DNA of 64,000 nucleotides from Myxococcota bacterium (GTDB lineage: Bacteria; Myxococcota_A; Polyangia; Polyangiales; Sandaracinaceae): NCBI GenBank assembly GCA_036149055.1, contig JAYZQJ010000081.1, positions 12,076-76,075 of the forward strand, read 5' to 3'. The position numbers and the translations under genes are program-made. Of this stretch, positions 46,651 through 56,289 are shown in pieces. How positions within the stretch are numbered: position 1 is the stretch's first letter; the number at the start of each line of letters is the position of its first letter. Under the pieces are notes generated by a model that was not told the origin of the DNA, ran no database searches, and saw only the letters and a program-made list of their open reading frames with translations.

Positions 46651-46721
46651 GGGGACGGAGTGAACTTGTGAACCTACGTAGGTGTTCGGACTACGTAAGT
46701 TAACAAGTTCACTCCGTCCCC
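46651..46721. repeat. 71-nt intergenic inverted repeat (31-bp arms, 2 mismatches, 9-nt loop); REP/MITE-like
   Basis: GGGGACGGAGTGAACTTGTGAACCTACGTAG-GTGTTCGGA-CTACGTAAGTTAACAAGTTCACTCCGTCCCC. Confidence 0.85.
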
Positions 46722-46731
46722 GGGTCTTCAT

Positions 46732-47553
46732 TCAGGGCCACACGGCGCGGCGGCGGGCGACGACCACGCCGGCGAGGAGGAGGAGGGCGAGGAGGCCCGG
46801 GAGCGCCCACGCCGCGAGCCTCCACCGCGGGTCTTCGGTGCGGAGCGAGAGGTGCCGGGTCGGGCCGGGGTCGGGGGGCGCGAGGAAGGGGCCCACCGGC
46901 TCGGGCGCTGCGGCCGCGGAGACCGGCACCCGCGAGCCGTCGGGGTAGAGCGCGTGCACGTCGAGCGCTCCCTCGGGGCGACGCGCGTCGCCGACCGTCC
47001 ACCCGAAGCAGCTCGCGTGACCGGCCACCAGCCGGGCGGGGCGCGCGCTCGGGCGGCCGCCGAAGAGATCGCCGATGCGCGGCGGGAGGACGGCGCGCAC
47101 GCCCGGGCCGACGACCTCGAACGCCGGCGCGTCTCCGTCGAGCTCCGAGACGAGCGCGTCGGTGAAGCTGCAGGTCCAGGCGTCCTCCACCACGGTCCAG
47201 GGGCCGCGCGCCGGAGCCGGAGGGCGCCGCCACGCCGGGTCCACCCGGAAGCGGACCGGGCGGTCCGGCGATTCGGCGAGGCGCAGGGACAGCTCGCCTC
47301 CCGCGGCCCGGAACTGCAGGCGGCGCACCCGGAGGTTGCCGTACGTCTCGAGCACGTCCTCGATCACCGGCCGGCTCGCCTCGAAGTCGAGGCTCACGTA
47401 CGGGCCCGCCTCGGCGAACATCCAGATCGTGGGGTCGGGCGGGAGCACCTCGCCGTCTCGCGCGGAGAGCGAGACGCCGGCCATCGCGCACTCCGCGGCG
47501 GCGGGGCTCGCGACGGCGAGGGCGGCGAGGAGGACCGAGCTGAAGAGGCGCAT
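46732..47553 (-). CDS. exported hypothetical protein with C-terminal TM anchor
   Basis: Signal peptide ending AAAEC; C-terminal TM followed by RRR. Confidence 0.72.
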   Translation of the reverse strand: MRLFSSVLLAALAVASPAAAECAMAGVSLSARDGEVLPPDPTIWMFAEAGPYVSLDFEASRPVIEDVLETYGNLRVRRLQFRAAGGELSLRLAESPDRPVRFRVDPAWRRPPAPARGPWTVVEDAWTCSFTDALVSELDGDAPAFEVVGPGVRAVLPPRIGDLFGGRPSARPARLVAGHASCFGWTVGDARRPEGALDVHALYPDGSRVPVSAAAAPEPVGPFLAPPDPGPTRHLSLRTEDPRWRLAAWALPGLLALLLLAGVVVARRRAVWP

Positions 47554-47627
47554 GCGGGCTCCGACAACGCCCGCACGGAAAAGTTTGGCCCGGCGTCCGC
47601 CGCCCGATGTGAGACCCTCGCCCCAGG

Positions 47628-48665
47628 GTGTTCGTCTTCGGCAGCAGCGGCGCGGCGGAGCTGGTGGGCGCGCTCCTCTATCTCTTCGGCCCGGCGCTCA
47701 TCGCGCTCGTGGGCAGCGCCTTCACCGCCGCGCTCACCTCGGCGTCCATCGCGCTCCTGGTCGGCACGCTGCTGCACGCCTTCGGCCTGTCCCTCGCGTT
47801 CGGCTCCCACCGCCTCCGCCGCCCCGGGCACTGGCTCGGCCGGCCGCTGCTCTTCGCGGTGGCCACCGCGATCTTCACCCTGGCCGGGTTCGCGTCGATC
47901 GGCGTCGCGCTCGGCATCGCCACCGGGGACCGCGCCGGCTGGTGGCTGGCGATGGCGCCCGGCTCCGCCTTGCTCGCCCAGCTCGCCTCCGCCGGGGTCT
48001 GCGCGGTGTGGCTCCTCCAGCACACCGGGGGCCTGCTCGGGGACTGGATCGAGCAGCTGCCGCTCCCGCGGACGGAGCGCTTCGAGCTGGGCTGGCGACG
48101 CACGCGGACCGCGGCCCGCTGGCTCGGCGTCACGCTCTGGCTCCTCGCGGCGCTCGCCCTCTTCGCCGCCTCCGCCTTCGGGGTGATCACGGGTCTGGCG
48201 CTGATGATCGCCGCCGACGCGGCTCGCCGCCTGCTCGCGGTCCACACCGCGCTGATGGCGCTCGGCGTCGCGGCCAGCTTCGTGGTGTTGATCCGCCAGC
48301 TCCCCCGGCTGCGCCGACCCGAGGCGGGGCGCTGGATCCCGAAGCTCCGGCTCGCGCCCGCCGCGTCCTGGCCCGGCCACGTGCTCCGCGTGCTCGCCTC
48401 CTGGCTCTCGTGGCTGATCGGCGAGGCGCTCGTCGTGCTGAGCGGCGGGCTGTGCGTGCTCGGGCCGTGGCTCGCGGCGGTCGCCCTGGCGAAGGAGGGC
48501 GACGTCCCGTTCGCGGCGGTCGGGGTGGTGATGACCCTGCTCGGCGTCGGCGGCCTCTATCTCGGCCGGGTCGGCGGCTGGCTGCGCCCGCTGCGCGGCG
48601 AGGCGCCCGAGGCCGACGAGACCGAGGCGGCGAATCTCGCCGCGCCCGCCGCCGGCGGCTTCTGA
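47628..48665 (+). CDS. hypothetical multi-pass membrane protein
   Basis: About 8 hydrophobic helices. Confidence 0.7.
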   Translation: MFVFGSSGAAELVGALLYLFGPALIALVGSAFTAALTSASIALLVGTLLHAFGLSLAFGSHRLRRPGHWLGRPLLFAVATAIFTLAGFASIGVALGIATGDRAGWWLAMAPGSALLAQLASAGVCAVWLLQHTGGLLGDWIEQLPLPRTERFELGWRRTRTAARWLGVTLWLLAALALFAASAFGVITGLALMIAADAARRLLAVHTALMALGVAASFVVLIRQLPRLRRPEAGRWIPKLRLAPAASWPGHVLRVLASWLSWLIGEALVVLSGGLCVLGPWLAAVALAKEGDVPFAAVGVVMTLLGVGGLYLGRVGGWLRPLRGEAPEADETEAANLAAPAAGGF

Positions 48666-48678
48666 TACCGTCCGGCGC

Positions 48679-49458
48679 GTGCTGGACGGAAAGCGAGTCG
48701 CGATCGTGATGCCGGGGATCGACGTCGCCGCGACGATCGAGCGCACCGTGCGCGCCATCCCCGAGGGCGTGGCCGACGAGATCCTCTTCGTGGACGACGG
48801 GAGCACCGACGACTCGGTCGCGGTGGCCCGGCGCCTCGGCTGCACCGTGGTCTCGCACGCCCGGAACCTCGGCTACGGGGCGGCGCAGAAGACCGGCTAC
48901 CGCGAGGCGCTCGCGGGCGGCGCCGACGTCGTCGTGATGGTGCACCCGGACTTCCAGTACAAGCCCGAGCTCGTCCCGGCGATGGCCGCGATGGCGGTGC
49001 ACGGCGGCTACGACGTGGTGCTCGGCTCGCGCATGCTGGTCCGCGGAGCGCTCGCCGGGGGCATGCCGCGCTGGAAGTGGGTCGCGAACCGCGGGCTCAC
49101 CGTCACCGAGAACCTGATGATGGGCGCGGGGCTCAGCGAGTACCACACCGGCTATCGCGCCTTCACCCGGCGCGCCCTCGAGACGCTGCCGCTCGCCGAC
49201 AACCGCAACGACTTCGTCTTCGACAACGAGACCCTCGCCCAGGCGATCTGGCTCGGCCTGCCCATCGGCGAGATCTCGTGCCCGGCGAACTACTTCGACG
49301 AGATGCAGACGATCACGTTCCTGCCCGGCATCCGCTACGGGCTCGGCTGCCTCTCCACCGCATCGCGTTTCCTCCTGCACCGCCTCGGCAAGCCGTCTTC
49401 CATGCTCGACCCCGGCGGCCGCCGCCTCGACGCCTGGACCGAGGGGCGCCGCGTGTGA
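48679..49458 (+). CDS. glycosyltransferase family 2 (DPM synthase-like)
   Basis: VDDGSTD, NLGYGAAQKT, HPDFQY, LGSR, EYHTGYRAF, FVFDN. Confidence 0.93.
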   Translation: MLDGKRVAIVMPGIDVAATIERTVRAIPEGVADEILFVDDGSTDDSVAVARRLGCTVVSHARNLGYGAAQKTGYREALAGGADVVVMVHPDFQYKPELVPAMAAMAVHGGYDVVLGSRMLVRGALAGGMPRWKWVANRGLTVTENLMMGAGLSEYHTGYRAFTRRALETLPLADNRNDFVFDNETLAQAIWLGLPIGEISCPANYFDEMQTITFLPGIRYGLGCLSTASRFLLHRLGKPSSMLDPGGRRLDAWTEGRRV

Positions 49459-50790
49459 TCACATGACGAACGGATAGGTGACGCGGAACGAGTCCCGGGT
49501 GAAGGCCGGGACGCGAGCCGCGCGCACGGCGCGGGCGACGCAGGAGCGCACCGGCGGCGCGGCGTCCCCTCCGGTGGCGGCGGCGCTGCGGACCGAGCCG
49601 TCGCCGGCGAAGTGCACGGTGACGATCACGCGCCCTCCGCCCCCCGCGCCGCAGGCCCGGACCGCCGCGCCGACCCCGTCCATCGCGCGACGCACGTCGG
49701 CGCGGGTCGGCTGCGCGGGGCGGGTCGACGGACGCTCCGGGGCGGGCCGCTCGGGGGGCGCCTCGGGGCGGCCGGCGCGTTCGATCAGCTCCTCGAAGCT
49801 CGGCTCTCCGCGGCGCGGCGTCGCCTCCGCCGCTCGGGGCGCGGGAGGCTCGACGCGCGTCCGCGGGCGCCGGCGCGGGGTCTCGGTCCGCGCGACCGGC
49901 GGCGCGCTCGGAGCGGCGGCCTCCTCGGGGGCCGGGTCGTTCGGATCCTCGACGTCGCTCGGGGCCGGCGCCTGCGCGGCGACCGACGGCGCGGGCTCGG
50001 GCGCCGCCGCTCCCGGAGCCGTCGACGGGGCCGGCTCGTCGGCCACGACCACCGCGGGCGCGTCGACCGGCTGCGGCGCCACCCGAGGCGCGGCGGGGCG
50101 CGTCACCCACACCAGCGCGACCGCGGCGGAGGCGAGCACGCCGAGAGCGCCGACCGCGCCGAGCGCGAGCGCGACCCCGCTCGGGCCTCGCCGCGGCTCC
50201 GACCCGAGCACCGGTCCGAGCGCCGGCGCGCCGAGCTGCGCGGTCGGCGTGCCGAGCGCCAGGAGATCGTCGACCCGGTCCTCCTCCCGGCTGGCCACGG
50301 CCACCGGCGCGGCCGCGAGGGCCCGGATGTCGATGAGCCCGGAGCCCTCGGTGCGCCTCGGCGCCTCGGGCGCGGCCTTCGGCGCGAGGCTCGAGAGGTT
50401 CGAGAGCGAGAAGAGCACCGAGCTCTCGTTGCGCGCGGCGGTGAGCGACGGATCCGTCGGCTCGACGGCGGGCGCCGGCTCGCGCTCGGCGAAGAGATCG
50501 CGGCGAGGCGCCCAGTCGCCCATGCCCTCGCGCCACACGAGGGTCTCGTCGTCGATCGTGCCCTCGGCCGCCAGGCGCGCGAGCGCCTCCTCGGTCCACG
50601 GCCCCGACTGCTCGCCCCGCACGAGCGCGTACCAGCTGCCGCCGTCGCCGTCCGCGGGGGACTCCACGAGGTCGCCGCGGATCTCGATCGGCGCGCTGCA
50701 CCGCTTGCACCGGATCCGGAGCGTCCGCCCCGCCACCTTCTCGTCCGCGATGGCGTACCTCGCGGCGCACGTCTCACACTGAACCTTCAT
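49459..50790 (-). CDS. zinc-ribbon + GYF_2 + TM + TonB-C-like protein (AgmX/GltJ-like)
   Basis: MKVQCETCAARY.I.DEKV...CKRC; GPW...LVWREGMGDW; RNESSVLFSL; SGLIDIRAL; C-terminal SCV...VTYPF. Confidence 0.85.
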   Translation of the reverse strand: MKVQCETCAARYAIADEKVAGRTLRIRCKRCSAPIEIRGDLVESPADGDGGSWYALVRGEQSGPWTEEALARLAAEGTIDDETLVWREGMGDWAPRRDLFAEREPAPAVEPTDPSLTAARNESSVLFSLSNLSSLAPKAAPEAPRRTEGSGLIDIRALAAAPVAVASREEDRVDDLLALGTPTAQLGAPALGPVLGSEPRRGPSGVALALGAVGALGVLASAAVALVWVTRPAAPRVAPQPVDAPAVVVADEPAPSTAPGAAAPEPAPSVAAQAPAPSDVEDPNDPAPEEAAAPSAPPVARTETPRRRPRTRVEPPAPRAAEATPRRGEPSFEELIERAGRPEAPPERPAPERPSTRPAQPTRADVRRAMDGVGAAVRACGAGGGGRVIVTVHFAGDGSVRSAAATGGDAAPPVRSCVARAVRAARVPAFTRDSFRVTYPFVM

Positions 50791-50951
50791 CGCCTCTTCC
50801 CCCGGACGGACCACGCCGCCCGCCCCGGCCGCTCGCCGGGTCGTTCCATCGCGCTCGGGGCGGCTCGAGCCGCGCCCGTACGAGTAGAGACACGAGGCCC
50901 CCTCGAGGCTTGGGTGAAGAATCGACGCCCCACGAGCCGCGCGGCTCGGCG

Positions 50952-52811
50952 TCACTCCGGGATGGAGGCGGGCGTGTCGTCTCGCTGCGCCCAGAGCGCG
51001 TCGACGGTGGCCGGGGGGAGCGGCTCGCTCTCGAGGGCGGGGCCGGGCGCGGGGTCGTAGGCGAGCGCCTCGACGTCGACGTCGTGGCCGAGCGCGACGA
51101 GCGAGTCGCCGGCGACCTGGCGCACCGCCGAGTAGGGGTCCTGCGTGAGCCGGGCGAGGGCGGGGAGCAGCGTCTCCACCTCGGAGGCCTCGCGGGCCGG
51201 CGCCCAGCGGGTGTGCCACGCGGCGAGCGCGCGCTGGACTCCGTCGCCGGTCAGCATCCACACCGCGCCCGCCGGCAAGCTCTCGTGCGAGTCCATGAGC
51301 GCGGGGCGCTCCTGCCCGTACCACTCGGCGAGGTGATCCGCCGTCCAGCCGAGCGAGCGGTCGAGGTGGCAGAGGTTGCAGGCGTTCGGGCGCTGACGCC
51401 CGGCGGCGCCGCTTGCGGTCGGGCCGTCCATGCGGTGGCTGCGCGTCGCCATGAGCAGGCCGTAGCTGGTCTGCGGCATGTGGCACTGAACGCAGCGGCT
51501 CCCCTCGCTCTCGGGCGCGTGGTGCGTGTGCGCCTCGAGGTTTTCGCCCTCCTCGGCGTGGCAGCCGGTGCACATCGCGTCCGACGCCCGGGCCGGATCG
51601 ACCTGCTTGTTCGGGTCGCCGTCGTGCATCGAGTGACAGCTGGTGCAGGCCATCTGGCCCTCCAGGTAGCAGCCCGAGCGGATCATCGAGGTGTACTCGC
51701 GGCCGGCGACCCGGACCGACCCGTCGCGCCAGAACGCCTCCACCGTGTCGAGCGTGTCGACGTCGAGGTGCTCGAGGCTCGCCTCGTGCGCGTGCCGGTC
51801 GGCGGTGCGGTGCACGGCGGTGACGTCGTAGACGTCTGCGAGCCGGGTGCCCGGGCGGAAGTCGACGTGATCGTCGGGCGACTCGTCGTCGGGGTAGATG
51901 GCGTGGCAGTAGCCGCAGACGCTCGCGCTCGCCTCGTGGGGGAGGCGACGCGGGTTCACGATGGAGTCGTCGCCGGCCCCGCGGAGGTGGAGCGCGTAGC
52001 GCCGCGCCGGCGATCGGTTGAGCGCGACGTGTCGCTCCCCCGGCCCGTGGCACTGCTCGCAGCTGATGCCGAGCTCGACCACCGAGGTGTCGACGTCCTC
52101 TCCGAAGCCCTGCGTGGTGGGGTCCCAGGGGCCGCCCGTGGTGTGACAGGCGACGCAGCCCTCGGCCCAGACGTAGCGACGGAGCGGATCGTCGGCGTGC
52201 GGCGGCGGGCCGAGGAAGCTGTCGGCGTTGGCAATCCAGCGGCCCTCGCGGATCACGTAGACGAAGGGGAACTGCTCGAGCTTGCCGTCGTTCGACTGCA
52301 CCCAGTACGCCTGTAGGTGGTGCGAGCCGGTGGTCATGATCACCCGGCGCGCCGCGGGGTGGTCGCGCCACTCGTCGCCCTCCGGGGGGCTGGGGTCCTC
52401 GGGGTCGAGCTCGATCGCGTAGAAGCGCCCCTCGTCCTCGAGCACGGTGAAGACGCGCCCGCGCTCGCGGAGCACGCGTCGGTCGAACGGCGCCACCACG
52501 GCGTCCGCGGTCGCGACCTGGGTCATCGTGCGGTGGAACGAGCCGTGCCACGAGTCGTGCTGCCCGGGGTGACAGGCGCCGCACGCGTTGCTCGACAGGT
52601 AGTCCTCCTGCGGCCCGATCGCCGGCAGGGGCGCGCTCAGCTCCGCGTCGGCCCCGCTCGGCAGCAGCGCGAAGGTGATCGCCGCCCCGAGCACGGCGCC
52701 GAAGACCCCGAAGACGGCGCGCTCGAGGACCCTCAGCCCGCGCGCGATGGCCACCGCGATCACGAAGCAGACGGCGGCCACCCCCACCGTCCACGCGACC
52801 GCGAGGATCAC
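50952..52811 (-). CDS. multiheme c-type cytochrome (8 CxxCH), N-terminally membrane anchored
   Basis: CGACH, CVACH, CEQCH, CGYCH, CTSCH, CTGCH, CVQCH, CNLCH; GTGA overlap with the upstream gene. Confidence 0.92.
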   Translation of the reverse strand: MILAVAWTVGVAAVCFVIAVAIARGLRVLERAVFGVFGAVLGAAITFALLPSGADAELSAPLPAIGPQEDYLSSNACGACHPGQHDSWHGSFHRTMTQVATADAVVAPFDRRVLRERGRVFTVLEDEGRFYAIELDPEDPSPPEGDEWRDHPAARRVIMTTGSHHLQAYWVQSNDGKLEQFPFVYVIREGRWIANADSFLGPPPHADDPLRRYVWAEGCVACHTTGGPWDPTTQGFGEDVDTSVVELGISCEQCHGPGERHVALNRSPARRYALHLRGAGDDSIVNPRRLPHEASASVCGYCHAIYPDDESPDDHVDFRPGTRLADVYDVTAVHRTADRHAHEASLEHLDVDTLDTVEAFWRDGSVRVAGREYTSMIRSGCYLEGQMACTSCHSMHDGDPNKQVDPARASDAMCTGCHAEEGENLEAHTHHAPESEGSRCVQCHMPQTSYGLLMATRSHRMDGPTASGAAGRQRPNACNLCHLDRSLGWTADHLAEWYGQERPALMDSHESLPAGAVWMLTGDGVQRALAAWHTRWAPAREASEVETLLPALARLTQDPYSAVRQVAGDSLVALGHDVDVEALAYDPAPGPALESEPLPPATVDALWAQRDDTPASIPE

Positions 52812-53242
52812 CCGGCCCTCCGGAGCGAGAGCGCCGCGAGCAGCACCGCGGAGAAGAGCGCGATCGCGCCGAGGGGCACGAAGGCGATGCCGACGCCCGG
52901 ATCGCCGCCCGCGACGCCGAAGCCCCCGAGGAAGAAGCCGACCGGGAGCAGCACGCTCGCGGCCATCAGGGCGCGCGAGCCGAAGATCGGCGCGAGGCCG
53001 CTCGGCTGCGCGATGTGGAGCGTGGCCGCGAACGCCACGTGCACCAGCCCGAGGAGCGCGCCGTGCGCGTGCGCGAGCGTCCACATGAGCCGGCGGGTCT
53101 CGTTCTCCGCGTCGAGGTACCACCCGATCTTGAAGCCGTGCAGCGCCTCGAGCGCGACGCCCAGCGAGAGGAACACGAGGAGCGACCACCAGCCGAAGCG
53201 GAGGTGGAGGCCGACTCTTCCGATGGGAGCGCGGGAGGTCAC
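52808..53242 (-). CDS. small 4-TM membrane protein with LEALHG and LAHAHG motifs
   Basis: LRFGWW..., RRLMWTLAHAHGALLGL, LLPVGFFLGG; start uncertain. Confidence 0.8.
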   Translation of the reverse strand: MTSRAPIGRVGLHLRFGWWSLLVFLSLGVALEALHGFKIGWYLDAENETRRLMWTLAHAHGALLGLVHVAFAATLHIAQPSGLAPIFGSRALMAASVLLPVGFFLGGFGVAGGDPGVGIAFVPLGAIALFSAVLLAALSLRRAG

Positions 53243-53353
53243 GTCGAGACAAACATCGCGCGAGCGCGCGGCGAGTGTCCAGACCCGCCCCGAGGGCCCG
53301 GGCTTGGGGGGACCTCGTTGACGCCGAAGCGAGGGGTTCGTAGCGTCTGCCGC

Positions 53354-54658
53354 GTGAGCGACGCGATCGCGGTCATCGGTCTGGGCTACGTCGGCACGGT
53401 GGTGGCCGCTTCGCTCGCCTCGAGCGGGCGGCACGTCATCGGCGTCGATCGACGGCCGGAGCTGGTCGAGGCGCTCTGCGAGGGCGTCGCGCCGATCCCC
53501 GAGCCCGGGCTGCCCGAGCGCCTGGCGAGGGCCCGCATGCAGGGCACCCTGCGCTGCACGACCGATCTCGCGGAGGCGGTGAGGGCGTCGGCCGCGTCGC
53601 TGGTGTGCGTGGGCACGCCGGTGGGCGAGGACGGAAAGCTGATCGAGTCCGACGTGCTCGACGCCTGCGCGGCCATCTCCGAGGCGGCCGAGGGCCCGCA
53701 CGTGATCGTGATCCGGAGCACGGTGCCGCCGGGGCTCTACGCCCGCGCGAGGGCGCGCGTCCGCCCCTCCGTCGGCCTCGCGCTGAACCCGGAGTTCCTC
53801 CGCGAGGGCAACGCGATCGCCGACCACGAGGCCCCCGAGCTGATCGTCTTCGCCACCGAGGACGCGCACGCGGCGGCGTTCGTGGAGGCGCTCTACGCCG
53901 AGCAGCGCGACCGGCTGCACCGCACCGACCCGGCGACGGCCGAGGTGCTCAAGCTCGTGAACAACGCCTGGCACGCAGCGAAGGTGGCGTTCGCCAACGA
54001 GGTCGCGCGGGTCACCCGGCCGATCGGCGTCGATCCGTTCGCGGTCATGGAGCTGCTCTGCGCCGACACCAAGCTCAACACGAGCGCGGCGTACCTCCGG
54101 CCGGGGCTGCCCTTCGGGGGCGCCTGCCTCACCAAGGACGTGGCGTCCCTCGCCACCCACGCGGCCGAGCACGCGGTCGACGCGCCGATGCTCGCCTCGA
54201 TCCTCCGCTCGAACGACGGCCACCTCGACTACCTCGTGGACGCGGTGATGAAGCACCGCCCGCAGCAGGCGGCGATCGTCGGCGTGGGGTTCAAGCCGGG
54301 CGCGTCGGACGTGCGGGACAGCGCGCCGGTGAAGCTGGTGCACCGCCTGCTCGACCTCGGCGTGCACGTGACGGTGGCCGACGCCGGCATCCTGGACGCG
54401 ACCGTGCCGCCGCTCGGCATCGACGCGCTCCGGGCCGCGCTCGGTGACCCGCGCGCCCAGGCCGCCCCGAGCGTGGAGCACGCGGTGGCGGGCGCGGACG
54501 TGGTCGTCGTCGGTCACCCCTGCGAGGCCGATCGGCGCGCGCTCGTCTCGCTCCACCCCGACGTGCCGATCCTCGACGCGGCCGGCGAGCTGTCCCGCAA
54601 GCTCAGCGACGCCGAGCGCGAGGCGCTCGCTCCCGTCGTCGTCCTCTCCCGCGGCTGA
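53354..54658 (+). CDS. nucleotide-sugar dehydrogenase (GDP-mannose/UDP-glucose 6-dehydrogenase family, AlgD-like)
   Basis: GLGYVG, CVGTP, IRSTVPPG, NPEFLREG, YLRPGLPFGGACLTKD, FKPG.SDVRDS. Confidence 0.93.
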   Translation: MSDAIAVIGLGYVGTVVAASLASSGRHVIGVDRRPELVEALCEGVAPIPEPGLPERLARARMQGTLRCTTDLAEAVRASAASLVCVGTPVGEDGKLIESDVLDACAAISEAAEGPHVIVIRSTVPPGLYARARARVRPSVGLALNPEFLREGNAIADHEAPELIVFATEDAHAAAFVEALYAEQRDRLHRTDPATAEVLKLVNNAWHAAKVAFANEVARVTRPIGVDPFAVMELLCADTKLNTSAAYLRPGLPFGGACLTKDVASLATHAAEHAVDAPMLASILRSNDGHLDYLVDAVMKHRPQQAAIVGVGFKPGASDVRDSAPVKLVHRLLDLGVHVTVADAGILDATVPPLGIDALRAALGDPRAQAAPSVEHAVAGADVVVVGHPCEADRRALVSLHPDVPILDAAGELSRKLSDAEREALAPVVVLSRG

Positions 54659-54680
54659 ATCTCCGGTACCCTCCGCGGCC

Positions 54681-55637
54681 ATGAGCGAGCCGCAGGTCCT
54701 GATCGTCCCGACGCACCCCGGCGTGCAGTACCACTTCTGCCGGTCGGGGCTGCCGATCCACTTCCTCGGGCACTGGGACCAGTTCCACTACTGGCGCCCT
54801 CAGCCGCCCAACGTCACCAACGTGCTGCCGGAGTTCGAGGACGCGCACCTCGGGTTCGAGCCGGAAGACTACGCGCGCCTCCTCGACGACCCGACCGTCG
54901 GCTGGCCGGACCGCTTCGACACGGCGTGGCTGATGTTCAACTGGCAGGTGAAGCTCTTCTGGGACCGCCCCGGCAAGAAGCTCTTCCGGGTGGCCAAGAT
55001 CCGCGAGCTCCCCGAGCGCCAGTGGGCGGAGCTGCTCGAGCGCGACGACTTCACCGTGGTCAGCTTCTACCCGAACACCGTCGCCTGGCTGAAGGAGCGC
55101 TTCGGGGTCTCCGTGCCCTACGTCCCCCTCGGCCTCGACCCGGAGGAGTACCGCCCCGCCACCGGCGAAGACGGCAACATCCTCTCCATCATCCACAGCT
55201 ACGCCGAGCGCGGCTGGCACCACCACCTCTGGAAGGAGGCGGTCGACGGCCTCCCGGTCCTGCACGTCGATCACCTCGACCCGGACCAGGAGGTCTACGA
55301 GTACGCCGACCTCATGCGCGCCCTGCGCCGCGCGCGGCTGTACCTGCACGACGGCGAGCAGGAGTACACGATCACCCTCGTCGAGGCGATGATGACCGGC
55401 CTCCCTCTCGTGTCGTTCCGCATCCCCGGCATCGAGCGCTACGTCGAGCACGGCGTGAACGGCTTCGTCGGCGAGACCGCCGCCGAGATCCGCGAGCACT
55501 GCCAGCTGCTCCTGAGCGACGACGCCCTCGCCGCGAAGATGGGCGCGGCCAGCCGCGACAAGGCGATCCGCGAGTTCCACGAGGATCGCTGGCGCGCCCA
55601 GTGGCAGGAGCACGTCCGGGCCTGGTGCTCCGCGTGA
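54681..55637 (+). CDS. glycosyltransferase, GT-B/GT4-like
   Basis: TLVEAMMTGLPLV...YVEHGVNGF...MGAASR. Confidence 0.82.
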   Translation: MSEPQVLIVPTHPGVQYHFCRSGLPIHFLGHWDQFHYWRPQPPNVTNVLPEFEDAHLGFEPEDYARLLDDPTVGWPDRFDTAWLMFNWQVKLFWDRPGKKLFRVAKIRELPERQWAELLERDDFTVVSFYPNTVAWLKERFGVSVPYVPLGLDPEEYRPATGEDGNILSIIHSYAERGWHHHLWKEAVDGLPVLHVDHLDPDQEVYEYADLMRALRRARLYLHDGEQEYTITLVEAMMTGLPLVSFRIPGIERYVEHGVNGFVGETAAEIREHCQLLLSDDALAAKMGAASRDKAIREFHEDRWRAQWQEHVRAWCSA

Positions 55638-56251
55638 AGCGCTTCCGCATGTTCGGCTCGTATCTCCGGGTCGGCTGGCTCGGACGGACCGAGGTGCGGC
55701 TGCACTGGGCCGCGCTGGTGCTCGCGGCCGTTCTCGTCGTCAGCAAGCTGGTCGGCCTCGTGATCGGGCTCGCCACGCTCGTCCTGATGCACGAGCTGGG
55801 GCACGCCTACCTGGCGAGGCGCGCCGGGCTCGCGGTGTCGCACATCGAGATGCACCCGTTCGGCGGCCGCTGCCTCTACTACGCGGACTGGGCCACCCCC
55901 TGGGACCGGGCGGTCATCGCCTGGGGCGGCGTGCTCTTCCAGCTGCCGCTGCTGGCGATCGGCTTCGGGATCCAGGCGCTGCCGCGCCCCGACGGCTGGC
56001 TCGGCGCGCAGATCGCGTCGGTCGCCGTGGTCTGGTCCCTCTACAACCTCGTGACCATCGCCGTGAACCTGATCCCGATGCCGCCGCTCGACGGGGCGGT
56101 CGCCTGGCGCCTGGTGCCGATGATCCCGGCCCGCCTCCGCGCCGCCCGCGAGCGCCGCGAGACCCGCGCCGAGCCCACCGGCCCGTCGCGCCGCGAGGTG
56201 GCCCTGAAGCGAGCGAAGGCGCGAGGCCTGCGGGTGCTCGACGACGAGTGA
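55634..56251 (+). CDS. M50 family metallopeptidase (site-2 protease-like)
   Basis: LHW, MHELGH, PFGG, NLIPMPPLDG; GTGA overlap. Confidence 0.88.
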   Translation: MKRFRMFGSYLRVGWLGRTEVRLHWAALVLAAVLVVSKLVGLVIGLATLVLMHELGHAYLARRAGLAVSHIEMHPFGGRCLYYADWATPWDRAVIAWGGVLFQLPLLAIGFGIQALPRPDGWLGAQIASVAVVWSLYNLVTIAVNLIPMPPLDGAVAWRLVPMIPARLRAARERRETRAEPTGPSRREVALKRAKARGLRVLDDE

Positions 56252-56289
56252 CCTTGTGGCCGGCGCCCGAACTGGGTGAAGGTGCGTCC

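Noticed and set aside
46651..46721. Hairpin as a tRNA or classical intrinsic terminator
   Set aside because: No cloverleaf or CCA despite a GTTCG loop, no U-tract on either strand, and the stem is far longer than a typical terminator.
49459..52794. 1111-aa ORF suggesting a cytochrome-AgmX fusion
   Set aside because: The cytochrome is in another frame with its own stop at 50952; the AgmX-like gene starts at 50790 with its own RBS-like sequence.
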